From assembly GCA_964602175.1 (NCBI GenBank), contig CAZRQE010000081.1:78986-142985 (forward strand): 64,000 nt of DNA, read 5' to 3'. The notes beneath the pieces are model-generated. The model was not told where the DNA came from, ran no database searches, and saw nothing but the letters and a program-made list of their open reading frames with translations. The translations under genes and the position numbers were made by a program. Source of the DNA: an uncultured Gemmatimonadaceae bacterium. Lineage in GTDB: Bacteria; Gemmatimonadota; Gemmatimonadetes; Longimicrobiales; Gaopeijiaceae. Shown piece by piece: positions 48,262 to 55,993 of this stretch; position 1 is the stretch's first letter; every line of letters begins with the position of its first letter.

Positions 48262-48936
48262 ATGAGAGCGTACGAAATCGTCTACATCCTGGATTCCGCC
48301 CTGGAGCGCGAGGCCGTCGACGCGAAGCTCGCAGCCTTCCATGACGTGCTCGGCGGCGAGATCACCGCTGTCGACCATTGGGGTGTTCGGCAGCTCGCCT
48401 ACCCGATCCGGAAATCGAAGACAGGCTACTACGTGATTGTCCACGTGGGCGCCGACCCGGCCGCGCTGCCCGAATTCGAACGGGTGGTGAAGCTGGACGA
48501 GGAGACCACCCGATACCTGATCGTCGTCAACGAAGGCCAGCCCACGACCGGTGCCTCCGTGTTGGCCGATCGTCCCGCGGCGCCGCAGCCGGAGGACGAG
48601 AGGGGCGACGCAGCGACCGCCGTGGACGATGAGGGGGGCGACGCGGAGCCGGCCGGGGAAGCGGAAGGCGACCAGTCCGCCGCGGAGCCGCAGCCGACGG
48701 GTCCGCCGGAGTTCACTGGTGCCCGGGGACGCCGCCGCCGCCACGAGGGGCCGCCGATCGTCCTGCTCAACTACAAGGACGTGACGACCCTGGCCCGCTT
48801 CCTGACCGAACAGGGCAAGATCCTGCCCAAGCGGACCACAAAGGTCTCGGCCCGATTCCAGCGACGTCTCGGCATCGCCATCAAGCGTGCGAGGCACATC
48901 GCCCTTCTCCCGTACATCAGGGATCACGAGGCCTGA
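48262..48936 (+). CDS. rpsF/rpsR: Fused 30S ribosomal proteins S6 (N-terminal) and S18 (C-terminal) in one ORF
   Basis: aa 1-90 [12 protein letters not shown]...[15 protein letters not shown] = S6. aa ~92-152 form an acidic/Pro-rich linker. aa ~153-224 [57 protein letters not shown] = S18. No stop codon or frame change between them. Confidence 0.8.
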   Translation: MRAYEIVYILDSALEREAVDAKLAAFHDVLGGEITAVDHWGVRQLAYPIRKSKTGYYVIVHVGADPAALPEFERVVKLDEETTRYLIVVNEGQPTTGASVLADRPAAPQPEDERGDAATAVDDEGGDAEPAGEAEGDQSAAEPQPTGPPEFTGARGRRRRHEGPPIVLLNYKDVTTLARFLTEQGKILPKRTTKVSARFQRRLGIAIKRARHIALLPYIRDHEA

Positions 48937-48940
48937 ACCC

Positions 48941-49396
48941 ATGAAGCTCATTTTGCGTGAGAACGTCGCAAGCCTCGGACAGGCCGGCGATGTCATCAAT
49001 GTCAAGCCCGGATACGCCCGCAACTATCTCCTGCCGCAGGGACTCGCCTACACGGCCTCGGCGGCCAACATCCAGCGGATCGAAGAGGAGGCTGTCCGCC
49101 GCCAGGAGCGGATGCGCCGCGACTACCTGGAAGCCAACCGCCAGGCGTCGCAGCTGGAGGGACTTACGGTGTCCGTAACCGCAAGGGCCGGCTCCGAAGG
49201 GCAGCTGTTCGGTTCGGTCAACGCCCGCGACATCTGGGGCCTGGTGCAGGAGGCGGACATCGACTTCGAGCTGGACAAGCGGTCCGTGCTCCTGGCCGAG
49301 CCCATCAAGGCCATAGGTGAGCACCTGGTGCCGGTCCGGCTTCAATCGGGGGTCGAGACGGAGATCCGCGTGGTGGTGGAGGCCGAAGAAGATTGA
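48941..49396 (+). CDS. rplI: 50S ribosomal protein L9
   Basis: MKLILRENVASLGQAGDVINVKPGYARNYLLPQGLA. Confidence 0.92.
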   Translation: MKLILRENVASLGQAGDVINVKPGYARNYLLPQGLAYTASAANIQRIEEEAVRRQERMRRDYLEANRQASQLEGLTVSVTARAGSEGQLFGSVNARDIWGLVQEADIDFELDKRSVLLAEPIKAIGEHLVPVRLQSGVETEIRVVVEAEED

Positions 49397-49770
49397 CGGG
49401 GTCTGCGGCGGCCCTGGAGACGCACCCGCACGTCCGCAGAGCCGTCCGCTACGCCCTGGAGAGGAAGGCGACCGAGGTCACGCTCCTCGACCTGCGGGAC
49501 ATTTCCTCCGCAACGGACTTCTTCGTCATCGCCACGGGTCGCTCCGACGTGCAGGTGCGGGCGATCGCCGAGCACATCGTCGACAGCGCAAAGCGTGACG
49601 GTGCCCGTCCGGAACATGTTGAAGGCCTCGACCAGGGGCGCTGGGTGCTTCTGGACTACATCGACTACGTCGTGCACGTCTTCCATCCGGCCGTGAGAGA
49701 ATTCTACCGGCTGGAGTCGCTGTGGGGAGACGCGGTGGCGACCGTATTCGGGCAGAACGTGAAGTCATGA
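49393..49770 (+). CDS. rsfS: Ribosome silencing factor RsfS (iojap-like)
   Basis: DFFVIATGRSDVQVRAIAEHI, WVLLDYIDYVVHVF, YRLESLW. TTGA overlap with rplI. Confidence 0.9.
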   Translation: MTGSAAALETHPHVRRAVRYALERKATEVTLLDLRDISSATDFFVIATGRSDVQVRAIAEHIVDSAKRDGARPEHVEGLDQGRWVLLDYIDYVVHVFHPAVREFYRLESLWGDAVATVFGQNVKS

Positions 49771-52700
49771 AGCTCAAGTCATTGGAGCTGAGCGGTTTCA
49801 AGTCCTTCCCGGACACGACAAAGGTGGAGTTCCACGACGGGATCACCGCGATCGTGGGCCCCAACGGCTGCGGCAAGTCCAACATCGGCGACGCCATCCG
49901 CTGGGTGCTTGGCGAACAGCGCCCCACCGCCATCCGCGGTGCCAGGATGGAAGAGGCGATCTTCCAGGGGACGGTTGCGCGCCGCGCTCTCAGCCGGGGC
50001 GCGGTGTCCATGGTCGTCACCAACGAGGACGGCGCCCTTCCGACCCCGTTTCAGGAGGTCGAGATCGGGAGAACCATCTACCGGGACGGGGGCAGCAACT
50101 ATCGCCTGAACCGCTCCCCGTGCCGCCTGCGGGACATCGTGGATCTCTGCAGGGACACCGGCCTCGGGGCGAACGCGTACTCGATCATCGAGATCCGGAT
50201 GATCGACGCCATCCTCTCCGAACGCACCGACGAGCGAAGATCCCTCTTCGAAGAGGCCGCGGGGATCGGCAAGTACAAGGATCGCAGGCGGGCGGCGATG
50301 CGGCGCCTGGAGACTTCCGAAGCGGATTTGCAGCGTCTGGAAGACGTGATCGGCGAGGTCCGCTCCAAGGTCCGCTCCCTGGCCCGGCAGAAGGGCAAGG
50401 CCCAGCGTCATCGGGAGTTGCGGGACCGGCGGCTGGCGGTGGAGATCGCGGTTGTGGGCTCGGATCTGGAGGACATGCGGGCGCGCCTGACGCGGGTGGA
50501 ACACGAGCTCGAGCATGACCGCGACGAAACGGCTGGAATGGCGGCGCGCCTTGCGACGGCCGAATCGGAGCTTCAGCGCGCGAGGCTGGCGCACCTGGAG
50601 TCCGAGAAGGTGCGCGTGGACGCCGCGGGCCGGCTGGACGGGGTGCGAAACCGGCTGGCCACGGTCGAACGGGAAGTCGCGGTTGCCGGTGAGCGAATCG
50701 GGAACGGCAAGCGCCGGCTCGAACAGATCGCCAGGGAAGAAGAGGTCCTGGCCGGGCTGAGGGCGCGCTCGACCGACGAGATCCTGACCCTGCGTCGCGA
50801 ACGGGACGACTGTAAAGCAGAGTTGACATCATGTAAAGCGGAGTTGACATCGCGTCGGCAGGCCGCGGCCGAGACGAGGGTTCGCATGGAGGTGGCGCGC
50901 GACGAATTGGCCGTGGTGGAGCGCCGCAGCCGCGAGGTTGCCCGTGCGGTCGCCCGTGTCGAGGGAGACCTGGACAGCGCACGCCTGCAGACGGGAGAGC
51001 TGGACCGCAGGCTGGAGCGGCTCACGGCGGACTCCCGGGCCGGAGCCGGGGCCCTGCGGGAACTCCGGTCGCAGGGCGACCTGTTCGTCGACCGCAGCAG
51101 GGACGCCACCCGGCAAGTCGAGCGCTCGCGCCGCGATCTGGAGCGGTCCCGGCGCCGCGCCGCGATGCTCCGTGACCGGTTGCGGGGAGCGCGGGCGGCC
51201 GAGTTGGAGGCCCGCACCCGCGTCGCCGCCCTCGAGACCGAGGTCGCGGCCGTACGGCGCATGACGCTGGCCGGAGAAGGCGCCGAGGCCGTTGCGGCGG
51301 ACGCGGCGGAGGCGTTCCCGGATTGCGTCGTCGGAATGCTGTCGGACTGCGTGCAGGTCGAGGGCGGTGCCGCCCGCACCGTCGACGACGCCCTCGCGCG
51401 TTTCGGTCTCGCGCTGCTGGTCACCGGCGCCCGGGATATCGAGCGCATCGAACGCTGGTACCGGTCCGAGTCGGGCCGGGTCGCCCGGCTGGTGCTGCTG
51501 CCCCTGGACCGGATCCCGGAGCCGGAGGGCGCTCTCCCGCCGGGAGTGACCGCGACGGGGAAGGGGGCGCCGTGGGTACGCGCGCTGCTCGGGGGCGTCT
51601 CGTTTCAGGCATCGCCGTCTCGGGATGAGCACTCGACGCCGGGCTGGACCGACCTCCGGGGAGCCGTCCACCTGCTTCCGGACACGGGTGCCGAGGGACG
51701 ACTGGAGCGCACCGAGCGTCTCGAGCGCCTGGAAGCCGCGGCCCGCGCAAGCCGCGGTGAACTCGAAGAGGCGCGCCGGGTGCGGAGCCACGTCGAGCGG
51801 GAGAGCCGCAAGTGCGAGGAAGAGGTCAGCGCCCTGACCGAGTCCCTGCTTTCCAGCCGTGACGCGGCGAGAGCGGCGGAGGTGGAGGCCGAGGTTCAGA
51901 GCGGCCGCAGGCAGCAGCTCGCCCGGCACCAGGACGAGCTTGCCAGGCAGCTGGAGGGTACGCGAGCCGCGCGGGAGAGAGCCGCGGAGCGCGGAGCGGA
52001 AGCCGACTCGGAGCGGGCCCGGCTGCTCGACGAAGAGAATACCCTGGGCGAGCGGCTGGAGGAACTGCGCTCGCTGCACGCGGCCGTCGACGCCGAATGG
52101 GAACAGACCCGCAGTGCGGAATCGGAGGCGGTCATCCGCTTGACACGCCTCGAAGGCGATTTTGAGCGCCTTGGAGACCGCATATCGGATGCCGGGAAGA
52201 CGGTGACCCGGACACGCGACCGGATCGCGGGGCTCGAGCGGGAAGCCGAATCGCTGGACGACGAGATCGTCCGGGTCCGGGAGGAGCGGGAGAAGGCGCA
52301 GAAGGGGCTGGAGGGCATGTTCCGGCGGCGCGACGAGCTGCAGAGCGTGCTCTCGGAGCAGGACCGGCAACTGCGGGAGGCGTCGGCCGAGGTCCTGAAG
52401 GCGGAGCGTCACGCTGGCGAGGTCCGCGACCTGGAGCGCAACGCCGTCGAGGTCAGGCACCGGCTCGAGCTGGAACGCCAGGACCTGGCCAATCGGGCTG
52501 CGCGCATCGGCGAGCGTCTGGAGACGGAATGGGGACGCCCCCTGGAAACGCTCCTCGACGAGGTCGAACCGGCGGAGGGCGATCCGGCAGAACTGCGGGG
52601 CGAACTGGACGACATCACCGCCCGCCTCGCACGGCTCGGACCCGTGAACATGCTGGCGGTCGAAGAGCACGAGGAAGAGAGCGCCCGGCTCGAATTCCTG

Positions 52701-53258
52701 GTCGGCCAACAGAACGACCTGGTGTCCGCCCGCGACGACCTGAAGGCCGCCATTCGGCGGATCAACGCCACGGCCACGGAGCTCTTCATGACGACGTTCG
52801 AGGCGATCCGCGAGAACTTCCAGCGGACCTTCGAGCACCTGTTCAGCGGGGGCGAGGCGAATCTCTGGCTTGCGGACCCGGACGACCCGCTGGAGTCGCG
52901 CGTGGAGATTCACGCCGCGCCCAGAGGAAAGAAGACGCAGCGGATCGATCTGCTGTCCGGAGGGGAGAGGGCACTGACCGCGCTGTCGCTGCTCTTCGGC
53001 ATCTACCTGGTCAAACCGAGCCCCTTCTGCGTGCTGGACGAGGTGGACGCCCCCCTGGACGAGTCCAACATCGGACGCTTCGTTCGCCTTCTGCAGGGCT
53101 TCAAGGCGCAGACCCAGTTCGTCGTCATCACCCACAATCCCTGGACCATCGAGGCCGCCGACTGGATCTACGGCGTTACGATGGAGGAGCCGGGGGTGTC
53201 GTCGATCGTGGGAGTGCGGCTGGAGGGACGCACGGAGGCCGCGGGTACGGCAGCTTGA
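49767..53258 (+). CDS. smc: Chromosome partition protein Smc
   Basis: MKLKSLELSGFKSF, Walker A GPNGCGKSN, long coiled coils, hinge, C-terminal LSGGERALTALSLLF and VLDEVDAPLD. ATGA overlap with rsfS. Confidence 0.93.
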   Translation: MKLKSLELSGFKSFPDTTKVEFHDGITAIVGPNGCGKSNIGDAIRWVLGEQRPTAIRGARMEEAIFQGTVARRALSRGAVSMVVTNEDGALPTPFQEVEIGRTIYRDGGSNYRLNRSPCRLRDIVDLCRDTGLGANAYSIIEIRMIDAILSERTDERRSLFEEAAGIGKYKDRRRAAMRRLETSEADLQRLEDVIGEVRSKVRSLARQKGKAQRHRELRDRRLAVEIAVVGSDLEDMRARLTRVEHELEHDRDETAGMAARLATAESELQRARLAHLESEKVRVDAAGRLDGVRNRLATVEREVAVAGERIGNGKRRLEQIAREEEVLAGLRARSTDEILTLRRERDDCKAELTSCKAELTSRRQAAAETRVRMEVARDELAVVERRSREVARAVARVEGDLDSARLQTGELDRRLERLTADSRAGAGALRELRSQGDLFVDRSRDATRQVERSRRDLERSRRRAAMLRDRLRGARAAELEARTRVAALETEVAAVRRMTLAGEGAEAVAADAAEAFPDCVVGMLSDCVQVEGGAARTVDDALARFGLALLVTGARDIERIERWYRSESGRVARLVLLPLDRIPEPEGALPPGVTATGKGAPWVRALLGGVSFQASPSRDEHSTPGWTDLRGAVHLLPDTGAEGRLERTERLERLEAAARASRGELEEARRVRSHVERESRKCEEEVSALTESLLSSRDAARAAEVEAEVQSGRRQQLARHQDELARQLEGTRAARERAAERGAEADSERARLLDEENTLGERLEELRSLHAAVDAEWEQTRSAESEAVIRLTRLEGDFERLGDRISDAGKTVTRTRDRIAGLEREAESLDDEIVRVREEREKAQKGLEGMFRRRDELQSVLSEQDRQLREASAEVLKAERHAGEVRDLERNAVEVRHRLELERQDLANRAARIGERLETEWGRPLETLLDEVEPAEGDPAELRGELDDITARLARLGPVNMLAVEEHEEESARLEFLVGQQNDLVSARDDLKAAIRRINATATELFMTTFEAIRENFQRTFEHLFSGGEANLWLADPDDPLESRVEIHAAPRGKKTQRIDLLSGGERALTALSLLFGIYLVKPSPFCVLDEVDAPLDESNIGRFVRLLQGFKAQTQFVVITHNPWTIEAADWIYGVTMEEPGVSSIVGVRLEGRTEAAGTAA
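50811..50852 (+). repeat. 21-bp tandem duplication inside smc (encodes CKAELTS twice)
   Basis: TGTAAAGCAGAGTTGACATCA / TGTAAAGCGGAGTTGACATCG, with 2 mismatches, in frame. Confidence 0.95.
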
Positions 53259-54028
53259 CCGCCGCGGTGACGGTCGTCGGATCCGGAACGCTCGTTCCGT
53301 CCGGTGAGCGGTCGTCTCCGGCGCATCTCGTCGAGTATGGTCCGACGAGGATTCTGCTCGACGCAGGGCCGGGAACGGTGCACGGGCTGGCTCGCCACGG
53401 CCTGGCGTGGTGGAAGATCACCCACGTCGTCTTCACCCACTACCATACGGACCACTTCGGCGACCTGCCGCACCTGCTGTTTGCCATGAAATGGGCTGCT
53501 CCCGCGCCTCGCAGCCGCCGCTTGCGCATCCTGGGGCCGAGCGGGCTGACCGAACGCGTCGAAGCGTTGCGGCGTGCGCACGGGGACTTCATCGTCCGGC
53601 CCGGATTCGAACTGGACTACGAGGAGGTGGCACGTTCCGGGGTCTGGCGCGGCCCGGACGAGTCGCCGACGCTGCGTTTCCATCCCGTGCCGCATACCGA
53701 CAGCTCTGTCGCCGTGCGCGTCGAGATGGGGGACCGAGCCGTCGGGTATACCGGCGATACGGGCCCGGACAGCTCGCTGGGACCGTTCCTGCGAGGCGTG
53801 GACGTGCTGATCAGCGAATGCGCGCATCCCGACCCCGCGCCGCCGGGACGCCACCTGTCCCCGGCATCGGTCGCCGAAATGGCCGGGCGGGCCCGGCCGG
53901 GAGTCCTGGTTCTCACGCACATGTATCCCCTGCTGGACGCCGGTTCGGCACCGTCGCTTGTGCGGGCGGCCGGCTACCGGGGACGCGTCGCCTGCGCCGA
54001 CGACGGCGAGCGCTTTGTGCTCGAGTAG
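53255..54028 (+). CDS. MBL-fold metallo-hydrolase (RNase Z/BN-like)
   Basis: HYHTDHFGD (HxHxDH) motif, later His/Asp ligands (GDTG, THMY). TTGA overlap with smc. Confidence 0.75.
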   Translation: MTAAVTVVGSGTLVPSGERSSPAHLVEYGPTRILLDAGPGTVHGLARHGLAWWKITHVVFTHYHTDHFGDLPHLLFAMKWAAPAPRSRRLRILGPSGLTERVEALRRAHGDFIVRPGFELDYEEVARSGVWRGPDESPTLRFHPVPHTDSSVAVRVEMGDRAVGYTGDTGPDSSLGPFLRGVDVLISECAHPDPAPPGRHLSPASVAEMAGRARPGVLVLTHMYPLLDAGSAPSLVRAAGYRGRVACADDGERFVLE

Positions 54029-54229
54029 GCGGCGGGCCGGGCACGGGTTCGCGGTCGGTGCGCGGCGGACCTGGGGTGCCGGCCGGCCCGCATGGGTGGA
54101 CCTTTTCACCCGTGTTGTTTACGATTCGCGTTCTTTCGCCTTCCCCGCGCAATCACCGCCGGCGCAACCGGTTGCTCCGGCTTCAGGCCTCGGGCGCGCG
54201 ACAGTTTTTCCGAAGGATGGACATTTGCC

Positions 54230-55303
54230 GTGTTGATCGTCATGGACCACCGCGCCACGCCGGAACAGATCGACCGGGTCGTGGACGTGATCGAAGACAT
54301 GGGATACGGAGCCAAGCCGATGCCCGGGCGGCAGCGTACCGCCATCGGCCTGGTGGGAAACGACGGACGCGTGGAGTCGGCGAGGCTCGAGGGCCTGGAA
54401 GGGGTGCGCGAAGTCATCAAGGTCAGCAAGCCCTACAAGCAGGTCTCCAGGGAGTGGCGCGAAGAGGACTCGGTCGTCACGCTCGGCAACGGCGTGGTCA
54501 TCGGGGGCGGGGGAGTCGTCGTGATGGCCGGACCCTGCGCCGTCGAGGGACGCGAGCAGATTCTGGACATCGCCGCCCAGGTGCGCGATCTGGGCGCATG
54601 CGTGCTGCGCGGCGGGGCGTTCAAGCCCCGGACCTCGCCCTATTCGTTCCAGGGGCTGGGCGTGCGCGGGCTGGAGCTGCTGGCGGAAGCCCGGGAGCGG
54701 ACGGGCCTGGCCATCGTGACGGAGGCCGTCGAACCGGAGGGCGTCGCCGCCGTGGCCGAGTACGCCGACGTGATCCAGATCGGGGCGCGCAACATGCAGA
54801 ACTACCCTCTGCTCAAGCGCGCGGGGCGCGTCGGCAAGCCGGTGCTTCTGAAACGCGGGATGTCGGCGACGATCACGGAACTTCTGCTCGCGGCCGAGTA
54901 CCTGCTCAGCGAGGGCAACCCGGATGTCATTCTCTGCGAGCGCGGTGTCCGCAGCTTCGACCCGCAGACGCGCAACGTCTTCGATCTGACCGCGATCCCC
55001 CTCGTCAAGTCGTTGACGCACCTGCCGATCGTTGCGGATCCCAGTCACGGCACCGGGGTGCGCACCAAGGTCACACCGATGGCCCGCGCGGCGGTCGCGG
55101 CCGGCGCGGACGGCCTCATCGTGGAAGTGCACCCCGATCCGCCGCAGGCGCTTTCGGACGGAGCGCAGAGCCTCTACCCGGAGCAGTTCGCGGAGCTCGT
55201 CGCCCACTGCGCTCCGATCGCGCGTGCGATCGGCCGGAGCCTGACGACCCTTCCGGCACCTGCGGTGACCGGCGCACGGAAGGCGGCGCACACCACGGCA
55301 TAG
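54230..55303 (+). CDS. 3-deoxy-7-phosphoheptulonate (DAHP) synthase, type I-beta with N-terminal ferredoxin-like regulatory domain
   Basis: Core [36 protein letters not shown]. The N-terminal ~65 aa ([26 protein letters not shown]...) resemble the Thermotoga-type regulatory domain. GTG 54230 chosen as start. Confidence 0.88.
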   Translation: MLIVMDHRATPEQIDRVVDVIEDMGYGAKPMPGRQRTAIGLVGNDGRVESARLEGLEGVREVIKVSKPYKQVSREWREEDSVVTLGNGVVIGGGGVVVMAGPCAVEGREQILDIAAQVRDLGACVLRGGAFKPRTSPYSFQGLGVRGLELLAEARERTGLAIVTEAVEPEGVAAVAEYADVIQIGARNMQNYPLLKRAGRVGKPVLLKRGMSATITELLLAAEYLLSEGNPDVILCERGVRSFDPQTRNVFDLTAIPLVKSLTHLPIVADPSHGTGVRTKVTPMARAAVAAGADGLIVEVHPDPPQALSDGAQSLYPEQFAELVAHCAPIARAIGRSLTTLPAPAVTGARKAAHTTA

Positions 55304-55360
55304 CCGGACGTCCCGCAGAGCCATGTAGGCGCCCACGCTGCGCCCACAGATTGCACCGCC

Positions 55361-55732
55361 ATGGGGAACGACGATCGTTGGCGCCTGGGACGGCGCGGGG
55401 AGGCCATCGCGGCGGACTATCTCCGGGACCGGGGGTGGGTGCTGCTGGCGCGCAATTTCCGGGCGGGTCCCAAGGAACTGGATCTCGTCGTGGCGCGCGG
55501 TGGTGTCGTGGCCTTTGTGGAGGTGAAGACCCGATCCTCCGCTACGGGCGGCACGCCTCTCGAACCGATTCGGGCGCTCAAGCGGAGAGCCGTGGAGGCG
55601 GCCGCCCGCCGATGGATCCACGAACACGGCAGGCCCGGAGCCACGTACCGTTTCGACGCGATCGCGGTGGACATGACCGGCGCCACTGCGCGCATCGAAC
55701 ATATCCCGGACGCGTGGCGCCCCGGCGCGTAG
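55361..55732 (+). CDS. yraN: YraN family (UPF0102) endonuclease-like protein
   Basis: GEAIAADYLRDRGWVLLARNFR...ELDLV...VAFVEVKTR pattern. Confidence 0.85.
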   Translation: MGNDDRWRLGRRGEAIAADYLRDRGWVLLARNFRAGPKELDLVVARGGVVAFVEVKTRSSATGGTPLEPIRALKRRAVEAAARRWIHEHGRPGATYRFDAIAVDMTGATARIEHIPDAWRPGA

Positions 55733-55813
55733 CCCGGGAGCCCGTGGACAACCCCCCCGGCATTCGTGCGGCGATGCATCCGGGCGGACGGCCCCGGGTG
55801 TCCGGGCGCTCCG

Positions 55814-55845
55814 TTGACGCCCCCTCCCGGACCCGGATAGCTTTG
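55814..55845 (+). promoter_or_regulatory. Candidate promoter of the SRP RNA gene
   Basis: TTGACG (55814-19), 18 nt, then TAGCTTTG (55838-45), ending 3-4 nt before the first base of the predicted SRP RNA closing helix. Confidence 0.35.
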
Positions 55846-55846
55846 G

Positions 55847-55950
55847 CCGTGCCCCAGGTCCGCGGGACCGGAACCCATGAACCCCGTCAGGACCCCGCAG
55901 GTAGCAGCGGTAAGTGAGGTGAACGTCGCCGCGGAGTGCCTGGGGCACCT
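55847..55950 (+). ncRNA. ffs: Signal recognition particle RNA (small/4.5S type)
   Basis: Domain IV core CCGUCAGG-ACC-(CCGCA)-GGU-AGCAGCGG matches the conserved GUCAGG/AGCAGC loops. Closing helices GTGCCCCAGG (55849-58)/CCTGGGGCAC (55939-48) and TCCGCGG/CCGCGGA form a ~100-nt hairpin. Position immediately upstream of dnaX is the classical ffs locus. Ends are +/- a few nt. Confidence 0.62.
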
Positions 55951-55993
55951 CGCGCCCCCCCGTCCGGCCAACTGTGAGTCCAACGCCGCCACC

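Noticed and set aside
50822-50848. Two TTGACA hexamers 21 bp apart inside smc as possible internal promoters.
   Set aside because: No TAnnnT-type -10 element lies at 16-19 nt downstream of either hexamer. They are explained by the tandem duplication itself.
54164-54175. 12-bp perfect palindrome GCAACCGGTTGC in the DAHP synthase leader.
   Set aside because: It is short, GC-rich and occurs once. It is plausible as an operator, but nothing else supports it (no second copy, no adjacent regulator gene).
53407-55917. 836-aa plus-strand ORF spanning the MBL hydrolase, DAHP synthase, yraN and SRP RNA loci in another frame.
   Set aside because: The product is Arg/Gly/Pro-rich low-complexity sequence and it overlaps four well-supported features. 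It is a frame artefact.
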